DNA of 64,000 nt from Candidatus Multivorans sp. (lineage in GTDB: Bacteria > Acidobacteriota > Thermoanaerobaculia > Multivoradales > Multivoraceae), in assembly GCA_965224025.1 (NCBI GenBank), contig OZ245033.1:2368001-2432000 (forward strand), in the 5' to 3' direction. The notes beneath the pieces are model-generated. The model worked only from the letters and a program-made list of their open reading frames with translations, made no database searches and was not told the DNA's origin. Position numbers and translations under genes: made by a program. This document shows positions 1-8,283 of the stretch, piece after piece (position 1 is the first letter of the stretch; each line of letters begins with the position of its first letter).

Positions 1-207
1 GCGGCCGGCGGCGTCGAGGCCGGCATCCTGGCGCTCGCCATCGACCGTCAGGTGCTGCCGGCGACGCTCAATCTGGACGAGCCCGACGAGGAGTGCGATC
101 TGGACTTCGTGCCCCACGAGCCCCGCGAGGCGAACGTCGAGGTCGCGCTGACCAACTCTTTCGGCTTCGGCGGCACGAATGGCGCCCTGATCATGGCTCG
201 GGCGTAG
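1..207 (+). CDS. fabF: 3-oxoacyl-ACP synthase II, C-terminal part (runs off window)
   Basis: Frame 1 reads ...[20 protein letters not shown]...[20 protein letters not shown], with the typical NSFGFGG KAS C-terminal motif. Confidence 0.9.
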   Translation, partial: AAGGVEAGILALAIDRQVLPATLNLDEPDEECDLDFVPHEPREANVEVALTNSFGFGGTNGALIMARA

Positions 208-214
208 CGCAATC
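199..214 (+). repeat. attL-like 16-bp direct repeat CGGGCGTAGCGCAATC
   Basis: Identical copy at 15374-15389; overlaps the fabF stop codon. Confidence 0.85.
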
Positions 215-296
215 CGGCTGGCGGGGCGCCGGCGTTTCCGCTGCTTGTATCCGCGCGGGTTTCTTGGGCGAGTGCGCGACACGGTAGGACTGCGGG

Positions 297-530
297 CTAC
301 TCATCTTCGTCCTCAAAGTACCTCGCGACGGCGCCGCGCCCGGCCAGTTCGTTCGCGGCATAGCGGGTCGCGGTCGCGGCGTCGGTCCATCTTCCGGCCT
401 GCGTGAGCTCGGCGGTGGAGGCGCCGGCGGCGACCAGGGACTGAGCGCTGCCGACGCGCAGAGAGTGCCCGCTCACGCGGCCGGTGGCGCCGGCAATCGC
501 TGCACGAACCGCGGCGGCACGGCGGACGAT
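297..530 (-). pseudogene. Cre-like tyrosine recombinase C-terminal remnant
   Basis: Translates IVRRAAAVRAAIAGATGRVSGHSLRVGSAQSLVAAGASTAELTQAGRWTDAATATRYAANELAGRGAVARYFEDEDE*, showing HxxR, GRW and catalytic Y; in-frame TGA directly upstream, no start. Confidence 0.8.
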
Positions 531-579
531 TCATGGAGCGGCACGCTTGATGAACGTGTCGAGTTCTCGCACCTGGGTG

Positions 580-662
580 TGTAGAGGCGCGCGAGAAATG
601 GCCTCCGATCTCGTGTGAGAAACCCTGCGCAGCCGCGTAGGCACGGCCAACACACTGTTGGC
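580..662 (+). repeat. Left copy of an inverted terminal-like motif block
   Basis: 607-631 matches the reverse complement of 15285-15309 at 23/25; GTAGAG-N6-GAGAAA-N8-GATCTC spacing conserved; palindrome GCCAACA-CAC-TGTTGGC at 646-662. Confidence 0.7.
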
Positions 663-683
663 GCACGGGCGGGATGACGCTGC

Positions 684-1193
684 TCAGCCGGCGAACCGGA
701 GGCCGCGCGGCAGGCCCAGCGGGAACTCGGCCACCGGCGCCAGCAAGTACTCCACGTTGCGCCCCGGCAGTTCTTCGTCGTCGAGCATCACGGGGCGCAC
801 GGCGTAGTTCACCGTCGCTTCCACGACGCCCAGATTGTAGAGCCAGCGGGCGACGTCGCCGACCAGGTCGATCACCTTCGCCGGATGGCAGTGGTCGGCA
901 ACCACTCCGGCCTCGATGGTCGCCAGTCGCCGGGGGCCGGCCTCAGACAGCATCACTTTCACGACGCCGATTCGCCGGCCTCGCTGCACGGCGATCACCG
1001 CGCGCGCTCCGCTGGACCATTTCGCGTAGTCGGCCTCGCTGTCGGCGACAAGCTGGGCGGACAGTCCGGTGAGGATCGACAGGTAGGTGGGATCGGTAGG
1101 CTCCCCGTGGCGAAACGCGTCGTAGATCGCCTTCTCGTCCCCCCGCTCGCAGGGTCGATAGATCAGCGACTCCTCGGGAACGAGGATCCTCAT
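684..1193 (-). CDS. Hypothetical phage protein, possibly GNAT-like fold
   Basis: ATG overlaps the tail-tip stop (ATGA); LIYRPCERGDEKAIY and IAVQRGRRIGVV resemble GNAT strands. Confidence 0.55.
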   Translation of the reverse strand: MRILVPEESLIYRPCERGDEKAIYDAFRHGEPTDPTYLSILTGLSAQLVADSEADYAKWSSGARAVIAVQRGRRIGVVKVMLSEAGPRRLATIEAGVVADHCHPAKVIDLVGDVARWLYNLGVVEATVNYAVRPVMLDDEELPGRNVEYLLAPVAEFPLGLPRGLRFAG

Positions 1194-3826
1194 TCCCAGT
1201 CCCTCTCCCAGCGGGTCAGGACGCCGCCGGCGTCGCCGTAGAGGCGCATTCGGAACGTGCCGTCGCCGGCGTCTGCGACGGACACGCCGCAGACGTGCGG
1301 ACGGCCAGCGGGGCCGTGGGAGACGCCGCTCATTCCCCACAGGCCGGTCCCGCCGGCCGCTCGCCACGCTGGGTCGTCCAGGTCCTCAGGCATCAGGTTG
1401 AGCCATGGAAGGTACGTGCCGTGCCACCCGAGCGGATCGAGGGAAGCGTAGCGCATGTTGTTGGCGGCGGAGCCCAAACTCTGGGCGAACACAACGCTGG
1501 CGCCAAGGGCAGTGTACCGGATCGCCCATCCCGTGGTTGCGGCCCCCACCCACACATCAGCAGTGTTGTCGTCCCAGCGCTGGACCCCTCTTACTCCGGC
1601 CGCCACGTCGTCGATGTCGGCCAGGATCGGCGGCGTGACCACCGCGGGGGCGCCCCAGGCCCCCCAGGCCGCCGCCGGCGCGGGCTCCACCGTGAATGGC
1701 CCGGCGGCCGCGCTGTAGTCCGAGGAGCCGTTGCTGTTCCGCGATTGGACCCGGTACCAGTAGCTGCCGTCAGCGAGGTTCAGATCCGAGTACGAGGTCT
1801 GCGCGGCGGTGGCGATCGTGGCCCAGGCCCCGGACGTGCCCAGACGCCGCTGCAGCCGGTAGCTCGTCGCGCCTGTCGAGGCGTTCCACTCGACCGCGAT
1901 GTCGTCGTCGCTGACGGACCCGCTCAGCCCGGTCGGCGTCGCCGGCGGCCGCGGCGGCGGCGTGGTGTCGATCGTCCCGCTGGCCAATGCCGGCCCGGAC
2001 ACCAACTCATTGCCGTCGACGATCTGGACGGCGTAGACCTCCACGACGATCGTGGGGCTGTCGATCTGCTCCGAAAACAGGTGGAACGTCTGGGTCGGCC
2101 CGGCCTCACCCGGATCGACCGTCTTTGCGACGCCCCCGACCACTTCCAGGACGACCGTGTAGTTGTCGGCTTCGGCCACTTCGGTCCATTCGACAGTGAT
2201 CGCATTGTCCTGGACGTCGAGTCCGCCGAGCGGATAGCGCGAGTAGCTGCCGCTGATCGTGACAGGGCCGGGGCTGGGCAGGGCATCCTCGCCGTCCGCG
2301 CCGAAACGGCCGACCGCGACGGGTGCGCTCCACAGAGCCGCAACTGCGTCGCCGATCGCCGGGTTGCCGATCACGTCGCGCTCCGCGCGCATCAGGTAGC
2401 TGGCCTCGGGCGTCAGTTCGGGCGAGGCGCCGTCATGCCAGTTGAGCCCATCGACCGCCACCGGCCCAGCGTTCAGCTCATCGAACCCCCAGGTGTCGAG
2501 CGGTCGCTTGGACGCCGGCACGCTGTCCGAGGACCAAGCCGCGAACGCGTACTCCGGAGCGCCGTTGCCGTCGCTCCCGTCGCCTCCCTCGACCCCGTCC
2601 ACTCCGTATCGGGCGATGACGGTCGGCACGGTCCACTGATCGGCCACCGCCTGGCCCCTCGCGAGGGCGCCCCGCGGTGGCCGCCGCTGCGCACGCAGCA
2701 GCCGCGGGTACGCCGGGCTCAGGTCCGGCGCTGCGTCGTGCCAGGTCAGGCCGTTGACCGTGCCCGGCTCGTCGAACCCCCAATCGTTTGACGGCCGGCG
2801 ATTCGCCGGCAGGGCCTCGTCCGCGTACGCGGCGAACACGTACTCGGGCGCGTTCTCGCCGTCCTCGCCCGGAAGGCCGTCCTCGCCGGCCGCGCCCGGA
2901 ATGCCGTCCGCCGGGTCCTTGGGCGTGACGCCCACTTCGCGCGCCTCGGACCGAATCTCCGACGTGTCCACGTGGCGCACCGCCACCCGCAGCGCGTCCG
3001 TCCCGATCACGCCCGCTCGCGTAAACCCCGTGCCGGCGATCCCGCCTCGATAGGTCCAGCCGGCGGCGCTCACGAGCACGTCCGCCGTCGGCGGTCCTGG
3101 CTCGCCCACCCGATCGTAGATCTCGCTGTAGGCGTAGTCCGGCGCCGTCGACGGATTCCAGTAAGCCCAATAGCCCTCGGCAACGCCGACGGCCCCGAGG
3201 CCCGCCGGGGGATCGATCGAGTCCGATTTCCCGTCCGCGAGCGCCGGCGGGCTGGACGTCCACGCCGATCGCCGCCGCCGGCCCAGGAAGCGCGCACGCA
3301 CGCGGTAGCCACCCAGCGCCACGTCGCGCAACACGATGCTCCGAGCCGTCGTCCTTTTGAGCGGCTCCCACGGGCCGCGCGGCAGCACCGACCAGTCCCC
3401 CGCCGCTATCTCCGCCGGCGTCGCCCGCCGGCGCGGACGCTGAATGTGGTAGTTGAGGTGATCGATCCGAGGGTCGTCGCCACCCTGCACGCCGATCTCC
3501 AGCAGACTCCGCACCTGATCGCGGTCCACGTACGTCCGCTCCCTCACCGTCACCGCCGTCGGCGCCAGGATCGCCGCGGCCGGATCGACCAACGGCGGCG
3601 CCAGTCGCCGGCGCTGCTCGACAGCCGTGTATTTGCCCGCGTCGTAGCGGCGCGCCTCGACCTGCACCTCCAGCTTGTCCCGCTCTCCGACTCTGGTGAC
3701 GATCCAATCCACGCCGGCGTCAGCGTTCGTGACCAGGTCGCCGACGCTGAGGCCCGTCGGCGCGTCATCGGTCTGCAGGCGGTCGGCCGCCGGCGCCTCG
3801 AGCGACAACGTCGTCCCACTCGCGTC
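1190..3826 (-). CDS. Central tail fibre / tip protein J, C-terminal part (after the frameshift): FN3, collagen-like linkers, duplicated domain
   Basis: VEARRYDAGKY..., FN3 PATPTGLSGSVSDDDIAVEWNASTGATSYRLQR...YWYRVQSRN, GxD/GxE triplets. Confidence 0.75.
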   Translation of the reverse strand, partial: DASGTTLSLEAPAADRLQTDDAPTGLSVGDLVTNADAGVDWIVTRVGERDKLEVQVEARRYDAGKYTAVEQRRRLAPPLVDPAAAILAPTAVTVRERTYVDRDQVRSLLEIGVQGGDDPRIDHLNYHIQRPRRRATPAEIAAGDWSVLPRGPWEPLKRTTARSIVLRDVALGGYRVRARFLGRRRRSAWTSSPPALADGKSDSIDPPAGLGAVGVAEGYWAYWNPSTAPDYAYSEIYDRVGEPGPPTADVLVSAAGWTYRGGIAGTGFTRAGVIGTDALRVAVRHVDTSEIRSEAREVGVTPKDPADGIPGAAGEDGLPGEDGENAPEYVFAAYADEALPANRRPSNDWGFDEPGTVNGLTWHDAAPDLSPAYPRLLRAQRRPPRGALARGQAVADQWTVPTVIARYGVDGVEGGDGSDGNGAPEYAFAAWSSDSVPASKRPLDTWGFDELNAGPVAVDGLNWHDGASPELTPEASYLMRAERDVIGNPAIGDAVAALWSAPVAVGRFGADGEDALPSPGPVTISGSYSRYPLGGLDVQDNAITVEWTEVAEADNYTVVLEVVGGVAKTVDPGEAGPTQTFHLFSEQIDSPTIVVEVYAVQIVDGNELVSGPALASGTIDTTPPPRPPATPTGLSGSVSDDDIAVEWNASTGATSYRLQRRLGTSGAWATIATAAQTSYSDLNLADGSYWYRVQSRNSNGSSDYSAAAGPFTVEPAPAAAWGAWGAPAVVTPPILADIDDVAAGVRGVQRWDDNTADVWVGAATTGWAIRYTALGASVVFAQSLGSAANNMRYASLDPLGWHGTYLPWLNLMPEDLDDPAWRAAGGTGLWGMSGVSHGPAGRPHVCGVSVADAGDGTFRMRLYGDAGGVLTRWERDWE

Positions 3827-6465
3827 GAGAGAGAGAGAGCGACCAGCAACGTTCCGATCTCCGCCGTCTGCGCGGAGGACCACTCGTACGGAGCATCCGC
3901 GTCGCGCAGCGGGTTCTGCGCGTTGTCCGGAGGCGGCAGCGTGATCGACTGGCCGCCGATCTCCAGAATGAGGCGCCCATGCCTCTCCCACGCAGCCGGC
4001 AGATCGCCCGTCGCCCACAGCAGCAGGCGATTGTCCGCGGCGGTGTACTGGATTTCGATCGCCGTTATCTGGGGGCCGTCCGGCACGGCGAGCGACAGCG
4101 CGGACCACCGCGCATAGGTCACCAACCCGAGGTCCGTGGTCGCGGTGCTGATTTCGGGCACTCCGAGATCCCAGCTCCCCAGAGCCGCAGTGGCGGCCGC
4201 CACTGCCGCCGACTGACCCGCGCCCCACGCGATCCGTCCGCCGGCGGCCAGGCGCGGAGACGCCTGATCGAGCGTCAGCGTCTCCTGACCGGGCGTCGAG
4301 TCATCTATCTCGAGGATCCTGAACGCGGCGGGCGCCTCGTACCGCTGCTCGTCCGCGATCCTCACCCGGTCGCCGGGACGCAAGTGCATCCCCTCGAGCG
4401 CCATCCGGAACTTCACCGTTTCCGATTCGTTCTCCTGCTCGCTCAGCGCCAGCAGGCCCATCCTGTGGGCCTGGCCGCGCGACGTGCAGCCCACGGCCGC
4501 GACGTCGCGCTGCCGGAATTCGTACCGCGCCACCAGGCCGTCGCTCACCACCAGCTCGATGCCGGACCGGTAGGCGTCGTCAGGGTCCTGCCACGTCACC
4601 GCGACCGCCGAGTACCGCTCCTGCCAGCGCAGGCCCTGGTACTCGAACTCGCCGTCGACCACGTTCGCGGACCCCAGCGCGGCCGTGACGTCGCCCTCGC
4701 CGTCGATCGCCAACGACGCCGCGCCGGCGCTCCACAACGCACCCGCCCGGCACGCCGACAGGACCCAATCGACCGCCTTGCGCGCCTGCTCCCGCCGCTT
4801 GATCACCCCGTTGAAGCGCCACCGCGGCTCCATGTCCGCCGCGCTGTTGGGCGCCGGCACCAGCGCGTCGCAGCGCCGCGAGAGCTCGAGAAACTCCGCG
4901 CGCGCCGACCGGACGGCCTCCACCATGCCGGGGATGCCGCCCAGCCCGGCACGCCGATCCGTCAGGAGGTCGTAGACGACCCAGGCCGGGTTGTCCGTCC
5001 ACACCCGGCGCATGGTGCCGTCCCAGATCCCCGCACCGTACCGCGCCGCCGAATCAGACGTCGGCGCCGTCGGGTCCCACACCGCCGGCGGCGGCGCCAA
5101 CACCCTGCGGCCGTCGACCTCGTACTCCCGGCGGCTGACGTTCACGCCGTCGGCTCGGTCGGTCTCCATCACCAGCCCGATCACCGCCGAGTGCGGGTAG
5201 CTCTGCTTCACGTCCCGCAACCCCGCCAGGCGCTGCCAGTAGAACCCGTCCACCACCCGCGTCGACGTCGAGTCCTCCGTGAGGCGAGACACCTCGATCT
5301 CCCACGTGCCGCCCGTGCCGACGCTCTCCGGACGCTCCACCCGCCAGGACTGCTCCTGGACCTCCAACGAGAGGTCCCGCACCGTCTGCGTCAGCACCGT
5401 CGTCCAGTTCCCGCCGGACGGCCGCGACCTGATCCGGAGCTCCACCGCGGTCGCCGTTTCGTTGCCGCTCTCGTCGTACGCCGCCAGACGCGGCCACTGG
5501 AGCGTCACCCGCGCCGCGTCGTAGCCCGCCGGCACCGACCGCACCACCGGCGCGCCGCGGGAGACCTGCTCGCGCAGGTGCGTGCCGATGCCGGTCACCG
5601 TGGCGTCGAATCCCAGGAGAGCCTCCTGGCCCGACTCGTCGTGAGCCAAGCCCTTGCGCTCCTGGACCGTCACCCCCTCGATGTTGCGGTCGCCGGACGA
5701 ATCCTCGACCGCGACGCCGTCGATGAACACGGACTGGAGCCCGGCGACCAGACCCTCGATCTCGCCCTCGCCGAGCAGATCGATCACCCGGAGCACCGAG
5801 CGCTCCTCCGACGCCGCGCCGCCGGTCGTCGGCGGCTCCTCCGCGTCCCAATCCCGCCGCGGCCGCTCGGCGCCGGCCGGCAGCTCACCGCCCAGGCCGA
5901 TGTCGGGAGGCGCCGCGCTATCGCCGCCCGTCGGCCGCTCCTGGGTGATGCCGCCGGACACGACCGTCGACCCGACTCTCGTCCGACCGTAGATGAGAGG
6001 CACCGCGCCGCCCTGGGCGACCGAGTTCACCGGACCCGAGAACAGGGTGCGACCGCTGCCGGTCTCCAGGTGATCCGTGTCCGGGATGTCCGGAATCAGC
6101 GCCGGCAGGGCCGCGTAGCCCACGGCCAGACTGCCGATCGTCCACCAGACGGCCGCCGGCACCGCCGCAAGGAAGCCGCTGCCGGCCACCACCGGCGCCA
6201 CCGAGACGTACGCCCGGTCCGGCACTTGCACGTCGAGCTCGCGCGGGCCGATCGCCGTGCCGTCGACCGTGACCCGCCAGGCGCCGAAACGCAACAGCCA
6301 CTTCATCTCCGGCGCCTGCGGCGCCAGCAGCCGAAACGCCTCCGCCACAGAGACCGCATCGAGCTCGAGCACAGCCTCGCCGGTGCTTGAGCGCCGCGCC
6401 GACGCCTCGTCCAGGCGGTTCCGCACGCAGCTGGCCAGCGAGCCCTGCAGACGCAGCGTGATCAT
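3827..6465 (-). CDS. Lambda gpI-like ubiquitin domain fused to gpJ-like tail tip, N-terminal part
   Basis: MITLRLQGSL...VAPVVAGSG...FSGPVNSVAQGGAVPLIYG (gpI) continues in frame into VIDLLGEGEIEGL...WTDNPAWVVYDLLTD...GCTSRGQAHRMG (gpJ). Confidence 0.85.
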
Positions 6466-7235
6466 GCGCGGATCTCCCTGCCAGGCGGCCGGGCGACCTC
6501 GACCACGTGCCGCGCCAGCCGAGACGCCGCCGTGCGCCGCGACAGGCTGGTCGGATCGCACGGGCGCAGCGACGGGTGGTGCAGGAGCTGGCCGGCCTCG
6601 AGCAGCACGCCGGCGTGGTTCGCGGGCTTCGCGCCCCCCATCGCGAGCAGCACCAGGTCGCCGACCTGGGCGGAGGACGGCTCGATCCGCCGCCAGCCCA
6701 GGCGACGCCGCGACGACGAGTACAGGTCGAGCTCGGGCGACGTCACGTCCCAGCGCCAGTCGTACGCCACCGCCGGCAGCTCGATCCCGCACTCGCGCTC
6801 GTACCAGTCCCGGACCAAGGTGTAGCAGTCCGTGACGCCGTGACGGTACGGCCGGGCCAGATAGGGGCGGGACCGATCCGGCCAGAAGAACGGCTCACCG
6901 GCCACCGGCGCACCACAAGATGCAGTGGTGGCGACCGGCACCACGCCGTACGGCACGCCCGCCGCGATCTGGGACTCGAGGTCCTCCCGCGACGGGAACG
7001 ACGCGCCCGAGGGATGCGAGTGGATCACCGCGGCCGCGCCCTCGAGCGACCCCGGCTCGCCTTCGAAGCCGGACCGCGGGTCCGGCGCGACGTTACGCAG
7101 CCGCCGGTACTCGAGACGGCGCTCGAAGCCGCGGAGGCCAGGGCGCCGCACCAGCACGCCCAGCGACTCCTCGGGCCACGCCGTCACCGCGTGGTCCTGC
7201 ATCGCGGCGATCGCCTCGTGGTCGTGAGGGATCAT
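6462..7235 (-). CDS. Tail assembly protein K (JAB/MPN + NlpC/P60)
   Basis: IHSHPSGASFPSREDL JAB motif; GVTDCYTLVRDWY and NHAGVLL...LLHH NlpC/P60 motifs. Confidence 0.9.
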   Translation of the reverse strand: MIPHDHEAIAAMQDHAVTAWPEESLGVLVRRPGLRGFERRLEYRRLRNVAPDPRSGFEGEPGSLEGAAAVIHSHPSGASFPSREDLESQIAAGVPYGVVPVATTASCGAPVAGEPFFWPDRSRPYLARPYRHGVTDCYTLVRDWYERECGIELPAVAYDWRWDVTSPELDLYSSSRRRLGWRRIEPSSAQVGDLVLLAMGGAKPANHAGVLLEAGQLLHHPSLRPCDPTSLSRRTAASRLARHVVEVARPPGREIRA

Positions 7236-7927
7236 CGCCGCAATTGGCTCACCCCGGCGAAGCCGCCGAACGGCAGCACGCCGTCATCGCCAAACCTCAG
7301 CTTGCAGCCCGACAACCGGCGCGAGCAGACGTCGTTCGCCGGGTTCGACACCGGCTCGTCCTCAGCGTTCCAGAGCGCCGCGCCGCGATAGGGGCAGCCG
7401 TCGTCCTCGGCCGGATTCACCCAGGCGTTCCCCTCGCGGCGCCGGTAGGCCCACTGGCACACGTCGCGCAACACCTGCCGCCGCGGGATCATCGCCAGCT
7501 CCAGATCGAGCGGCGACGACAATTGCCACACCACTTCCTCGCGCCCCTGGCTCGACAGCCGGTCCACCACCCAGGATTCCGTCGGCCAGTGGCGGGTAGG
7601 GTCCGCCTCCGATCCACCGTCCAGATAGCGACCCAGCGTGCGCAGGCGCTCGATTGTGGCGCCCTGCCAGTCCGCGGGGAATGCCGCGCCGTCCAGCACC
7701 GACACGCGCAGCGTCGGCCGCACGGAGGCCCCGGAGGAGCCGAAGCCGGCGCCGTCCAGGGCGATCGGCAGCGGACGGTACTCCTGGCCGCCGTACATCG
7801 CCGACTCGACGCCCCGATGGCCCGTCGTGTACCGCTCGACCGTCCCGGACGGCAGCGTCACCGTGAACAGGTCCACCACCGGACCCGCGTCCAGCCTGCT
7901 CGCCTGGACCGATGACGTCGGGCTCAC
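7232..7927 (-). CDS. Minor tail protein L (lambda-like, Fe-S cysteines)
   Basis: CQWAYR...GCPY...DVCSRRLSGCKLRFG...LPFGGF. Confidence 0.9.
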   Translation of the reverse strand: MSPTSSVQASRLDAGPVVDLFTVTLPSGTVERYTTGHRGVESAMYGGQEYRPLPIALDGAGFGSSGASVRPTLRVSVLDGAAFPADWQGATIERLRTLGRYLDGGSEADPTRHWPTESWVVDRLSSQGREEVVWQLSSPLDLELAMIPRRQVLRDVCQWAYRRREGNAWVNPAEDDGCPYRGAALWNAEDEPVSNPANDVCSRRLSGCKLRFGDDGVLPFGGFAGVSQLRR

Positions 7928-8283
7928 GGACTGAAGTCCTCCACCAGATCCACCTCCATGTCCCGGCGCGTCGCCGACACGTACGACGGACCGCTGAAAC
8001 GCTCACAGCGCCACTGGGCGTCAGGCATCCCCGGAGGCAGCGGATCGGGCGACAGGAACGGCTCGTGGCCGCCGCGGGCCTCCAGGAACGTCTTGAGCGA
8101 TTCCGCGTCGGCCGCCAGGATGCTCCGGTACACGCACCGGTACCGCCGCTGCACGTTGTGGACGCCGTCCGCCGCCACCTGCTCGTAGCCGCCGCCCAGG
8201 CGAGCCCGCCGCAGCCTGAAGGCCGTTCGCGGACCCGAACCCTTAGACATGCCGATCGACGGCAAACGGATCGCCGCGGGCAT
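7924..8283 (-). CDS. Minor tail protein M (distal tail)
   Basis: RLGGGYEQVAADGVHN, FLEARGGHEPF; sits between tape measure and L. Confidence 0.8.
   Translation of the reverse strand: MPAAIRLPSIGMSKGSGPRTAFRLRRARLGGGYEQVAADGVHNVQRRYRCVYRSILAADAESLKTFLEARGGHEPFLSPDPLPPGMPDAQWRCERFSGPSYVSATRRDMEVDLVEDFSP

Noticed and set aside
199-214. att core resembles the 5' end of tRNA-Pro-like genes
   Set aside because: No cloverleaf, T-loop or CCA follows either copy; not a tRNA gene
1190-1700. Diversity-generating retroelement target or invertible fibre cassette
   Set aside because: No reverse transcriptase, template repeat, invertase or alternate cassette is visible in the window
3979-6390. Long opposite-strand and alternate-frame ORFs (also 38337-40991 and many others)
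   Set aside because: Shadow ORFs rich in Arg/Pro/Ala, caused by GC codon bias
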